Source: a virus
Taxonomy: Duplodnaviria > Caudoviricetes
Strand: one strand, 5' to 3'
IMG/VR virus record: IMGVR_UViG_3300032295_001731
Span: 1-40,903 of that record
Length of the DNA stretch: 40,903 nucleotides
A program made the position numbers and the translations under genes. The notes below the pieces were generated by a model. It did no database searches. It was given only the letters and a program-made list of their open reading frames with translations, and was not told the DNA's origin. Below, one piece after another: positions 27,635-36,174 of this stretch; position 1 is the first letter of the stretch, and each line of letters starts with the position of its first letter.

Positions 27635-29836
27635 TTGTAATCCCTGCATTTTAATTATATCTCTTTCTGTTTTAGCACCTTCTTTCAATGCAACTTTTTC
27701 TAACTCTTGTTGATGAGCCATCTGTTGCATATCCATAGCTTGCTGTTGTTGAGCAGCTTGCTCTTGTTGAGCTTGAGCTAACATATCAGCTTGAGCAGCT
27801 CTACCCTGAACAGCACCTTCTTGAGCAGCCTTATCAGCTTCTTGTTGAGCCATTTTCTTATCACGTTGATACTGACGTAATGCGTTAGCAACTAACTCAG
27901 GTGTAGCACGGTTGAATAGATTAGCAAAGATTAATTGATCAATCATACCTGCCTGTAGCAAAGTAAACAACAATTGATTTGCAGCATTAACTCCTTGTTC
28001 AGGTGTCTCAGAACGCTTAATAAAGATTCTATAATCTTGAAGTAAGTGATCTTTAGTGATTTCGATTCTAGATAAACCTTCATCACCAATCATCATTGCC
28101 AACTTACGTGGATTATCGTAATAGATAGCCTTACCAACTGTAGCCATATGCTCGTATGCCTGACGCAAGATAGAAGTAAGTGCCCAGTAGAATGGTTCTT
28201 GTACAAGTGATCCACGCTGAATTTGAGCTTCAACTACACCAACTAATACATCAGATCCACCTTGAGTTCCTGTCATAGCTTCATTCACACCTGTAACATC
28301 TTGAATAGATTGCTGTACAGCTTGAATAACTTGGAACATCTGAAGTGTACCAGAACCAATGTTTGTACCATAAGTACCAATAGCATTCTGAACTGATCCA
28401 ACACGGTCAGTATCTACGAAGATTGGCTTAGATGAGTTGATGTTTCTTGTGATATCAGCTTCGCCATCTCTATCGTCAACAGCAGACTTAGAAATAACAG
28501 TACCGCTACCACGCATATTTGCCATCTGAGATTCGATAACAGATATAGTACGGTTAAGGAACCTTTGGGGATCAATAACGTCATCTAGTGGCGTTAAAAC
28601 TTCTCCACGGTCATAAACCCAAGTATAACACTTGTATGGGAATTTTACATTTGCAGGATCGTAAAGATTCTTTTCCTGATAAGGTAAGATACCGTACTCA
28701 AGTACAATGTCACCGTACCCAATCTCCTCTTGAGGAATCATAATGCAATAACGAAGAACATCAACGTAAATAGTCTGTTTCTTCTTACCACCCATTTCTT
28801 CCTTGTGCTTTTCAGTTTGAGGTTCAATGAGATCTTTATCTTTATATTTAGAGTCAGGGTTATTTATCATTGTGTAGTAAGGATATCCATACTCATCCAT
28901 AACCCATCCGTACTCTCTTCTCTCAACGTCTTTCCAATATATTTCGTATGTAGGAACTTTACCACCAGGAATAGTATAAATACCATTCACAATCTTGTGC
29001 ATATTGTTTTGGTTGGTGTGATTAGAGTAGTTCTCAATAGCTTCACGCTCATCTTTTGTGAGGTGTGGGTATCTTTCAAAGATAGAAGGTGTATCCATGT
29101 AATACCACTCACCCATAAACTCAGAATCAGTTAAGTCAGGCTTCTTAGCAGACATATCCCACAAAAAGAATAGTGGGTTAATAGCTTCAGCTGCATAATT
29201 CTCTCCTGCCTCGTATCCTTTGTAAATACCAAGCCCACAGATAGCAAGATTTCGTGTTATTTGAGTTTTTAACTCATCAATGTTAATTTCGTTTGAAATA
29301 AATTCAAGAAGATTATTAATATCCTTCTCGTAGTTCTCAACGAATGTATTGTAGAATAATTCTTCTGTCTCTAATTCCGTATCAAGAATAGGAACTTTTT
29401 CTTTGATTAAATCTTTTAAGAATTTATCTGAATCAGCAACATTCTGCCAAGCCTTCAATTCTTTTAATTCTTGTTCTCTTTTGTTAATAACGAAATCAGA
29501 TACGCAATTAGCACGAGCATCATAAGCTAAACGAATTGCATTACCAACGTACTGCTGTACCATTGGCTTGATTACGTTCTTTGTCCATTTAAGTCGGTTA
29601 CGAACGTCACCTGACTCATCAAGGAAGAATGCCTCGATATCCTCTTCGAAGATCCATTGTCCATCCTGTCCCTTAAAGAAGGACCAGTTGATTAAGCACT
29701 TGTTAATGTATCTGCGATAGATGTAATTGCTCATAATAGCAAGACAGAACTTCGCATATTCTTTGTGGTAGTCTTTGTCTTTCTTACCTTGTAACTTGTT
29801 AGGTCGTAACCTACCAGTGCTAAACATATAACTCAT
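27632..29836 (-). CDS. Portal protein (P22-like)
   Basis: 734 aa; IDPQRFLN, IQDVTGVNEAMTG motifs; Gln/Ala-rich C-terminal barrel coiled coil. Confidence 0.88.
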   Translation of the reverse strand: MSYMFSTGRLRPNKLQGKKDKDYHKEYAKFCLAIMSNYIYRRYINKCLINWSFFKGQDGQWIFEEDIEAFFLDESGDVRNRLKWTKNVIKPMVQQYVGNAIRLAYDARANCVSDFVINKREQELKELKAWQNVADSDKFLKDLIKEKVPILDTELETEELFYNTFVENYEKDINNLLEFISNEINIDELKTQITRNLAICGLGIYKGYEAGENYAAEAINPLFFLWDMSAKKPDLTDSEFMGEWYYMDTPSIFERYPHLTKDEREAIENYSNHTNQNNMHKIVNGIYTIPGGKVPTYEIYWKDVERREYGWVMDEYGYPYYTMINNPDSKYKDKDLIEPQTEKHKEEMGGKKKQTIYVDVLRYCIMIPQEEIGYGDIVLEYGILPYQEKNLYDPANVKFPYKCYTWVYDRGEVLTPLDDVIDPQRFLNRTISVIESQMANMRGSGTVISKSAVDDRDGEADITRNINSSKPIFVDTDRVGSVQNAIGTYGTNIGSGTLQMFQVIQAVQQSIQDVTGVNEAMTGTQGGSDVLVGVVEAQIQRGSLVQEPFYWALTSILRQAYEHMATVGKAIYYDNPRKLAMMIGDEGLSRIEITKDHLLQDYRIFIKRSETPEQGVNAANQLLFTLLQAGMIDQLIFANLFNRATPELVANALRQYQRDKKMAQQEADKAAQEGAVQGRAAQADMLAQAQQEQAAQQQQAMDMQQMAHQQELEKVALKEGAKTERDIIKMQGLQ

Positions 29837-29837
29837 A

Positions 29838-30401
29838 TCACTTCAATACGTCATTAATTTTAACAAGAACCTGTTTCTTAGCTTTTCTTTCAACGACCTT
29901 AGCACCGTATGCTGATTCTAAATTTTTAATCATACTTGGTAACTCATCATTGACTTTAACAACTAAGTCAGTATACTTTTTCTTTTCATCAATGTCCATG
30001 CTCGCAAGTGTTTGAGAGTCAAGAACAATCATTTCGTTGAGTACTTCAAACATATACTGCGTCATCAGCTTTGCCCTTAACCTGTACTCAGGATTAAAGG
30101 TTTCCATTTTGCGAATCGCAGCAATCAAGTAGTCAGGAAGTTGACCTCTTACTATATCTCCAAGGTCCTTCCTTACGTGATAATCTTTGCCGTATGTTAG
30201 TTCTAACGACTTGACTAGCTTTTCTTTTTTGCTCAACTTGTAGATTGGACTTGTTCTGTTTCCAATATACCAAGCGAGTCTTACTTCTTTTGCTTTGAGA
30301 GATTTGAACTCATCGATCTCAGCTAATTCAGGGTACTCAAGCCTTAAATCGCTATCTCCTTCGATGCCAAATATCTGCAAATCTGCTTCATTTCCTGCCA
30401 T
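29838..30401 (-). CDS. Hypothetical protein preceding portal (possible small terminase-like helical protein)
   Basis: 187 aa helical ORF coupled to portal; function is a guess from position. Confidence 0.45.
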   Translation of the reverse strand: MAGNEADLQIFGIEGDSDLRLEYPELAEIDEFKSLKAKEVRLAWYIGNRTSPIYKLSKKEKLVKSLELTYGKDYHVRKDLGDIVRGQLPDYLIAAIRKMETFNPEYRLRAKLMTQYMFEVLNEMIVLDSQTLASMDIDEKKKYTDLVVKVNDELPSMIKNLESAYGAKVVERKAKKQVLVKINDVLK

Positions 30402-30410
30402 AAAAGTAAT

Positions 30411-30445
30411 AAAAAAATAGGGTAGACAATTTAATGCCTACCCTA
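30411..30445 (-). terminator. Rho-independent terminator after the 270-aa structural gene
   Basis: TAGGGTAG (30418-30425) / CTACCCTA (30438-30445) stem plus T7 on minus strand. Confidence 0.75.
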
Positions 30446-30453
30446 CAAAGATA
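30446..30453 (-). promoter_or_regulatory. Bacteroidota -7 box (TATCTTTG)
   Basis: TAnnTTTG abutting the terminator stem, upstream of 30401. Confidence 0.55.
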
Positions 30454-30465
30454 ATTAAAATTTAA

Positions 30466-31278
30466 TTATACAGCTGGACAACCTAAGAAGTCAGCAACTG
30501 GAGTGTAAGAACCGTTCAAGATTGAAGTCAATTTTGTAACAGTTGCAGCAGTACCACCATTTGCAGCATCAAGATATACCAAAGCAGTAACTGGCTTAGA
30601 AACCTCAAGGCCGTTAACGATGTTGCTACGGATAGCTTTACTATAAATAATTTGGTAAGTTTGGTAGCTTGCACCTGTAACGTAAGTAGCTACGTTTACT
30701 TGATTCAATACTTGAGCTGGAGTACCAGCAGGAGCAACCCATGCAGTTTGATCTGTAACAGTAGCACCGATAGGAGCAACTACGTTAAGAGCACCAAATC
30801 CTGCGTTATCACAAGTGATGCGTACAGTTGTAGAAGAAACTACAGTTGCAGAAAAATAAGCATTAATATCAGCATTGATAGCAGCAGCAAAAGCAGTAGC
30901 TAATTCAGCAGCAGTTGGAGTAGCATCAGTACCAACAGTGTAAGTACGAGCTTGGAAAACCGCATTAGTTTCAACACCACCACTGAAGAAAGCTTGAGCG
31001 TAAGGAGCAGAAATAGTAAGTGCAAAGTTAGCACCACCAACAGCGGGGAATGTTACAGCAGCAAGAGCAACATCAACGATGTTAGCAGTTCCAGCAGTTC
31101 CAGCAGTGTAGCGGAATCCTAAAAGATCAGAAGCTTTGATTTTCAAAGCAACAGCACCTGACTCATCTTTAATGCTAAGTAAGCCAGAAGCAAGAACAAC
31201 ATCAGTAGCCGCTACTGGAGTGTTCAAAATCAACGCTGAATCAGCATTGATTACCGGTAATTTGTAAGTAATTGCCAT
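30466..31278 (-). CDS. Abundant structural protein (auxiliary capsid / decoration-like)
   Basis: Ala/Thr/Val-rich beta protein, capsid-like codon bias (GCT/ACT/GTT), own promoter and terminator. Confidence 0.6.
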   Translation of the reverse strand: MAITYKLPVINADSALILNTPVAATDVVLASGLLSIKDESGAVALKIKASDLLGFRYTAGTAGTANIVDVALAAVTFPAVGGANFALTISAPYAQAFFSGGVETNAVFQARTYTVGTDATPTAAELATAFAAAINADINAYFSATVVSSTTVRITCDNAGFGALNVVAPIGATVTDQTAWVAPAGTPAQVLNQVNVATYVTGASYQTYQIIYSKAIRSNIVNGLEVSKPVTALVYLDAANGGTAATVTKLTSILNGSYTPVADFLGCPAV

Positions 31279-31351
31279 TTTTAAATAAAATTATACACCG
31301 ACCTAAGTCTGTGTGGTTAAAAAATAACCATGCACCGTGCATAGTACTCGG

Positions 31352-31359
31352 CAAATATA
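31352..31359 (-). promoter_or_regulatory. Bacteroidota -7 box (TATATTTG)
   Basis: TAnnTTTG upstream of a structured 5' UTR and gene 31278. Confidence 0.65.
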
Positions 31360-31392
31360 AACAAAAAATTCATAAAAAATTTTGGGTTTGGG

Positions 31393-31545
31393 TTTCTTTC
31401 TTTTTCTTTTTGATTAAGTATATGTGAGTATATACGTAGTATATACGAATATATAGTTAATCTTTTCTTTTCTCTTTTTCTTTTTTTGCTTCTTTTTTTC
31501 TTTTTCTCTTTTCTTATTTTTCTTTTTCTTTCTTTAAATTTTTTC
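31393..31545. repeat. Low-complexity polypyrimidine (TTTTC)n-like tract with central TATATACG repeat
   Basis: Seen directly between two divergent promoters. Confidence 0.8.
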
Positions 31546-31553
31546 ACCGAATA

Positions 31554-31585
31554 TTTGGCGGATAGAAAAAAGGTTCGTAGGTTTG
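31554..31585 (+). promoter_or_regulatory. Complete Bacteroidota sigmaA promoter (TTTG-N20-TAGGTTTG)
   Basis: TTTG 31554-31557, TAGGTTTG 31578-31585. Confidence 0.75.
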
Positions 31586-31631
31586 TATTGAGATTAGCAA
31601 CTCAGCATAGTTTTAGAGATAAAAGGTTTTC

Positions 31632-31672
31632 AACCCCCTGTTCCCTGCTAATCTTACGGGGGGTTTCTTTTT
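31632..31672 (+). terminator. Terminator/attenuator hairpin in leader of plus-strand island
   Basis: AACCCCCTG / CGGGGGGTT stem with T-rich tail ending just before ATG 31676. Confidence 0.65.
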
Positions 31673-31675
31673 GTT

Positions 31676-31960
31676 ATGGAAAATTTCAGAGTAGTTTGTA
31701 TTAATGATTCGGGTATGCCAAGTACATTTCCTAAATCATCTTGGATTAAGAAGGGTTCAGTTTACACGGTTGTGGATGCAGCAAAGTTGGCAAGACAGCA
31801 TATGGTTCTTGGATATAAACTTGCAGAGGTAGAGATTCCTACAAACTCTCCATACGAATACTTTTTAGCAAACCGATTCAGACCATATTCCGATGACGAT
31901 GCTATCGCTGAGAAATTGGTTGAGGAATTAATTGAAGAATTGGAGCTACAGAATGTTTGA
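31676..31960 (+). CDS. Small hypothetical phage protein (SH3-like)
   Basis: VVCIND...IKKGSVYTV...F.A.RF pattern common in phage small proteins. Confidence 0.7.
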   Translation: MENFRVVCINDSGMPSTFPKSSWIKKGSVYTVVDAAKLARQHMVLGYKLAEVEIPTNSPYEYFLANRFRPYSDDDAIAEKLVEELIEELELQNV

Positions 31961-32693
31961 TGTATTTGAAAAACTAGATAAGTTCAATGGGATTGTATTC
32001 CATGAAGAAGAACATAAATACTTGTACGATGGTCACGAGTGTGTTTCTGTAACTACCATGATTAAAAACTTTGAGCCAATCTTTGATCAAGAACTAATGG
32101 CGAGCTTATACGCAAAGAAACACGGCTTAGAAATGTTTGATGTACTTAAAGACTGGGAGAACATTAGAGATCAATCAGCAACTGTAGGTACTGAAATACA
32201 TAAGTACGCAGAAATGCGCTTTGGTCAGAAGTACTATACGCCTGATTCTACTCTTGAGATTCCTGTCAACCTAATGGGAATGATTGAAGACTTCTACTCT
32301 ATGGCTAAAGGAAGACTTATTCCTGTAAAGATGGAATGGGTTGTAGGAGATAAAGACAAAGGAATATGTGGAATGGTAGACAAACTATTCTACAATCTCA
32401 AAGCTAAAGAGCTTCAGATATGGGATTACAAGACTAGCAAGAAGATTGATTCAAAATCAATGTACAACAAGAAAATGGTAGGTCCATTAAAGCATCTTGA
32501 TTCTTGTGAACTAGTCAAGTATAGCCTACAATTAGGTGTCTATAAAAAAATAATTGAGAAAAATTGTCAAATTAAATTAGGTAATTCCTATATTTGTTGG
32601 GTAAATGAAGTGAATGATAGCTTTAAAGTAATCGAAACGCTTGATTTAAGTAACGAAGTCGACCTAATTTGGAATGCATATGAGCACATCTAG
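31953..32693 (+). CDS. PD-(D/E)XK nuclease (Cas4/RecB-like exonuclease without Fe-S cysteines)
   Basis: SVTT, GTEIH, E, GMVD, DYKT, YSLQL.VY motifs; ATG at 31953 preferred over track start 31932. Confidence 0.85.
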   Translation: MFDVFEKLDKFNGIVFHEEEHKYLYDGHECVSVTTMIKNFEPIFDQELMASLYAKKHGLEMFDVLKDWENIRDQSATVGTEIHKYAEMRFGQKYYTPDSTLEIPVNLMGMIEDFYSMAKGRLIPVKMEWVVGDKDKGICGMVDKLFYNLKAKELQIWDYKTSKKIDSKSMYNKKMVGPLKHLDSCELVKYSLQLGVYKKIIEKNCQIKLGNSYICWVNEVNDSFKVIETLDLSNEVDLIWNAYEHI

Positions 32694-33015
32694 TGCCTAC
32701 TCAAGTAACAAGCTTAAACAAGTTTTAGAAAATAAGACTCAGCACTTTATCCTTAAATCTTTCGTGTACCCAGCTTTCGAGCATCACAGAAGAAAATCAG
32801 AATATCATCTTTACTGGATCAATCTAAACAAAGGAGTATTCGAGGAGTACCCTAAGTACAAGAATATGTCCTGCAAAATGCTAAACAAAAAAGAGATGAA
32901 ATTGTTTCTTTCCCTTCTGTATGATTACCATCAAGCTGTAAACAATAAATACGGCATAGTTTGGGAAAATAAAAAACTAGGCCTGGATAAAGACCTAGTT
33001 CTTAATGAGTTTTAA
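32674..33015 (+). CDS. Hypothetical protein
   Basis: 113-aa ORF overlapping nuclease stop, convergent with 33029. Confidence 0.6.
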   Translation: MHMSTSSAYSSNKLKQVLENKTQHFILKSFVYPAFEHHRRKSEYHLYWINLNKGVFEEYPKYKNMSCKMLNKKEMKLFLSLLYDYHQAVNNKYGIVWENKKLGLDKDLVLNEF

Positions 33016-33028
33016 TAATAAAATATTT

Positions 33029-33601
33029 TTATCCTACGTTAAATATACTGAAGTTCACAGATGGTGATAAAGGTCTCGTTGGATTAGTACCTGATGGTGT
33101 TGCTAAAAGCTTCATTCCTGTAACTGCTGACCACCAATAAAATTTAATATATTGACCTGCATTTAAGGAAATTGTGTCTGATAACCTACCTAAAGTTTGA
33201 TCATTTTGTGCGCCGGTAGTTGTAAATGTAAATGCTGAATTTGGAACAATTACATCATCTACAGTATACCAAATAGTTACATTATAAGGTGATGAAGCTC
33301 CTCCTGTAAAACTAAGTTGAACAGCAAAATCTATATAGTAATTTCCTGAAACGCTAACATTCACTCTATTGTCAGGTCCTAATGTAAATCCATTAGCATT
33401 TTGTGTAGAGTTAATTAAAACTTGATTAGCAACAGTTGCTCCTGCATTATTTTGCGTTGTAGTATCAAAGAATGTTGCTGATCTTAAGAGTGTGTCGTTG
33501 TAATTTAATTTAGATACAATTTCTTGAATATCTTCTACGATATATTTTTCATTGGTGCTCTGACCAAATCCTTTTAAATATGATCTTTGTTGAATAGACA
33601 T
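33029..33601 (-). CDS. C1q/BclA-C-like jelly-roll protein (possible head fibre/decoration)
   Basis: FFDTTTQ...NGFTL...VSVSGNYYIDFAVQL...ISLNAGQYIKF pattern of C1q/TNF-like fold. Confidence 0.65.
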   Translation of the reverse strand: MSIQQRSYLKGFGQSTNEKYIVEDIQEIVSKLNYNDTLLRSATFFDTTTQNNAGATVANQVLINSTQNANGFTLGPDNRVNVSVSGNYYIDFAVQLSFTGGASSPYNVTIWYTVDDVIVPNSAFTFTTTGAQNDQTLGRLSDTISLNAGQYIKFYWWSAVTGMKLLATPSGTNPTRPLSPSVNFSIFNVG

Positions 33602-33618
33602 AACTAATTAATTTATAG

Positions 33619-33626
33619 CAAAGATA
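33619..33626 (-). promoter_or_regulatory. Bacteroidota -7 box (TATCTTTG)
   Basis: TAnnTTTG 17 nt upstream of ATG at 33601. Confidence 0.6.
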
Positions 33627-33633
33627 ATTGTTT

Positions 33634-35694
33634 TTAGTTCAGTATTTTTAAAACCTTACCTGTCCTCTTATCTACTTTAGCTAACTTCATTCTGTAGTTA
33701 GTCTCTTTACATTGAACATATTTCGTAATTACGTGCGTTTCCTTGTCTTGTGACCTGATATTCTCTGGCTCATACCTAGCGTGTGACTGTGCATTAATAT
33801 ATGCAAAGCCAATAGCAAAGATGGCGTCATCATAATCGTATCTCGTATCGGCAGCTTGGTATCTAGTTTGGCGATGACTTGTTGAACTCTTCAAATCCTT
33901 CTCGACAAATGTCTTCAGCTGCTCCCAGATCCATGGAACGTCTATATTGATGCCGTAGGCATCAATCATTTCCTCAATTTTTGCAATAATTCTTGGAGCT
34001 GTGTTTGCTTTGTTGGAAATGCCGAACCATTTCCCACCATAAGTTTGGAAATATTCAGGCAACTGCGTGTTTGCGGTGAATTTATGCTTAAATCCGTGTA
34101 TCTCTTGGAAGTCAACGTGCATATCACCGATGTTATTCTCAACAAGTTCCTTTACACCACCTCTTCTTTGCTGATCGTAGTACAAACTTTGCAATAATAC
34201 CTGTAGATATGTAAATTTGAATTTGCGATCACGGTGAAATACCACAGAAGACACTGTATTTGTCAGCGCATCCCATATGGCACTACACATCATGGAGTGA
34301 CCTGTCTCAGAGTTGATGGGGTCAGTCCCTTGATACCAGCGATTCTTCCATATTTCGTTCTCAGGTGGATGGTGAACTACCATTGCTGTGGTGGATATGT
34401 CTTCTCTTCCTGACGTTGGGATCCATCTCGCACCTGTAATCCTATATTCAGTGATTAGATCAGGTGTTGGTTGGGTCATATCCATGATAGGTTCGAAGTA
34501 TCCGTACTCTATCGGTGTATCCTTTCCGTATATACTACTTAATCTTTCGTTACAATAATGAATCGGAACGAGCGTTCTTGCTTTTCGCAGGAACATATCG
34601 TCAATTGTGATAGGATAATGTTGGTGGAACTGAACTTTAGCGACCTCTCCTTTCTTGGTTCCTTCCAATGCAAGGTATGCTTTACGTTCGTTATTGATGT
34701 GCTCGTCTGTGACCCCTCTTCGTGCATAGGCATTGAAGAATAAAGGTATGATTCCATACTCGTAGTTTTTTTCCTTCCACTGACTAAGAGCCATTTTGAA
34801 CTCTGCTTCGAATACAGAACCCCCTTTATCCATTTCTCCCCCTGTTCCCCATGCTAAGAACTGTTGCTGCATGGTCATTTTGCCAGTCTCAGGGTTGTAC
34901 TTAAATAAGGCAGGTCGACCTTCACGCATCATCTCACCGAATATATCAAATAGACCGATCTCATCGATGAATACCGCTGATGGAGATCCACCATTGATAG
35001 CATCTACTTGAGGGCTGTCTACTTGGAAGCGAGATGCACCACCTTCGTCACGACCTTTCTTTTCTCCTTTCTTGTCAAATGACATCACCTGATCAGTCCA
35101 GTTCTTAACGTCTTGCGCTAGGTAGTCCGGAATCTTGGTGTATGTCCATTTAACTTTATCCCTAAAGATCTCGACACCTTTGTCTTTAGAGTGAGTAACA
35201 AATTTAATGAAATATGATTTGTTTAAGTTTACACGTTTCATCCCTGCGAGACACATCGTAGTTGTAAAACCAATCTGACGTGCCTTACCAATCATCAATG
35301 AGTAACCGCAGTCGAATAAAAACAGTAGGACTTTCTGTGCATCCCACGCCTGATAGCGCAGCATACCATTCTCGGCTTTATCTTCTTTGATCCAACCGTA
35401 CTTGTTACAGAAGTATAGTGTGTTGTCGTTGCACTTTTGGATTTCTTTTGCGAGCCAGTTGTATTGATCCTCTTCGTTCTCAAAGTCTGTTAAGAGGGTA
35501 TCATCTTGTAGCCAAATCTTAGCTTGTTCGCAGTATAAATCGAAGGGTTTATGATAAATCTTGTTTTGCCATCCACTGTTGATGGAATCAATCCAATCTA
35601 CAAATGGCTTAGGATAATCAAACTCAGCGTGAGATGGTTTCCATTCAGATGTCAATATTTCCCTTCGAACTACACCGTCTTTTGATTGACGCAT
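33634..35694 (-). CDS. terL: Terminase large subunit
   Basis: Walker A-like GKARQIGFTT, Walker B VFIDEIG, GTGG coupling motif, nuclease GTDP...ENN...YDDAIFA. Confidence 0.92.
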   Translation of the reverse strand: MRQSKDGVVRREILTSEWKPSHAEFDYPKPFVDWIDSINSGWQNKIYHKPFDLYCEQAKIWLQDDTLLTDFENEEDQYNWLAKEIQKCNDNTLYFCNKYGWIKEDKAENGMLRYQAWDAQKVLLFLFDCGYSLMIGKARQIGFTTTMCLAGMKRVNLNKSYFIKFVTHSKDKGVEIFRDKVKWTYTKIPDYLAQDVKNWTDQVMSFDKKGEKKGRDEGGASRFQVDSPQVDAINGGSPSAVFIDEIGLFDIFGEMMREGRPALFKYNPETGKMTMQQQFLAWGTGGEMDKGGSVFEAEFKMALSQWKEKNYEYGIIPLFFNAYARRGVTDEHINNERKAYLALEGTKKGEVAKVQFHQHYPITIDDMFLRKARTLVPIHYCNERLSSIYGKDTPIEYGYFEPIMDMTQPTPDLITEYRITGARWIPTSGREDISTTAMVVHHPPENEIWKNRWYQGTDPINSETGHSMMCSAIWDALTNTVSSVVFHRDRKFKFTYLQVLLQSLYYDQQRRGGVKELVENNIGDMHVDFQEIHGFKHKFTANTQLPEYFQTYGGKWFGISNKANTAPRIIAKIEEMIDAYGINIDVPWIWEQLKTFVEKDLKSSTSHRQTRYQAADTRYDYDDAIFAIGFAYINAQSHARYEPENIRSQDKETHVITKYVQCKETNYRMKLAKVDKRTGKVLKILN

Positions 35695-35707
35695 ATAGTC
35701 GTTGGAA

Positions 35708-35842
35708 TTAATAGTTCTTCATTCCTTTTTTCATCGCAGGCTTAGTGGATTTACCTTTAGGCATCTTCTCCATTTTAGCTTCTCCTTTGGCCATAGCTCT
35801 TTCGATAGCTTTGCCAATTTTCTTTTTCATCATTGGTTTCAT
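35708..35842 (-). CDS. 44-aa Met/Lys-rich basic peptide (not in ORF track)
   Basis: MKPMMKKKIGKAIERAMAKGEAKMEKMPKGKSTKPAMKKGMKNY; fills the gap before terL. Confidence 0.7.
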   Translation of the reverse strand: MKPMMKKKIGKAIERAMAKGEAKMEKMPKGKSTKPAMKKGMKNY

Positions 35843-35856
35843 GTCAAGTAAATTAA

Positions 35857-36036
35857 TTAATCACAATATTTTTTATCCTTGGTATTCTTATACATTAGTT
35901 TAAATCCAGGTTTACAAGCGCACGACATATCCTCCTTAAGAGTATTAGGTGACGCAGGTCTGCCTTCTACACGGCCCTGACCAAGGTAGCTTCCACTTTT
36001 TTTAGGGTTTGATGCCCAGTACTTATCTCCTTTCAT
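35857..36036 (-). CDS. 59-aa basic hypothetical protein (not in ORF track)
   Basis: MKGDKYWASNPKKSGSYLGQGRVEGRPASPNTLKEDMSCACKPGFKLMYKNTKDKKYCD; preceded by -7 box. Confidence 0.65.
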   Translation of the reverse strand: MKGDKYWASNPKKSGSYLGQGRVEGRPASPNTLKEDMSCACKPGFKLMYKNTKDKKYCD

Positions 36037-36052
36037 ATCAATGTATTTGTCA

Positions 36053-36060
36053 CAAATATA
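36053..36060 (-). promoter_or_regulatory. Bacteroidota -7 box (TATATTTG) for the terminase operon
   Basis: TAnnTTTG 16 nt upstream of ATG 36036. Confidence 0.65.
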
Positions 36061-36074
36061 TGAATAATTGTTAT

Positions 36075-36155
36075 AAAAGAAATAAGGGGGCTATTATACC
36101 CCCTTACATCAAAACAAACAAAACAAAAAACAAGAGTACCTTAAACAACAAAGGT
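36075..36155 (-). ncRNA. Putative ~80-nt small RNA (sRNA-A)
   Basis: Own -7 box at 36160-36167, 5' hairpin ACCTT/AAGGT with TGTTGTTT loop, TTGTTT-rich linker, terminator TAAGGGGG/CCCCCTTA plus T-tail; no ORF. Confidence 0.55.
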
Positions 36156-36159
36156 CTTA

Positions 36160-36167
36160 CAAATATA
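36160..36167 (-). promoter_or_regulatory. Bacteroidota -7 box (TATATTTG) upstream of putative sRNA-A
   Basis: TAnnTTTG immediately after the phosphoesterase stop. Confidence 0.6.
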
Positions 36168-36174
36168 ATAATTT

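Noticed and set aside
31317-31704. Lys/Arg-rich 76-aa and Phe-rich 72-aa ORFs
   Set aside because: By-products of the low-complexity tract and they overlap promoters
35860-35925. EGF-like motif CACKPGF...C in the 59-aa protein
   Set aside because: Only three cysteines and spacing to the last is too long; probably coincidence
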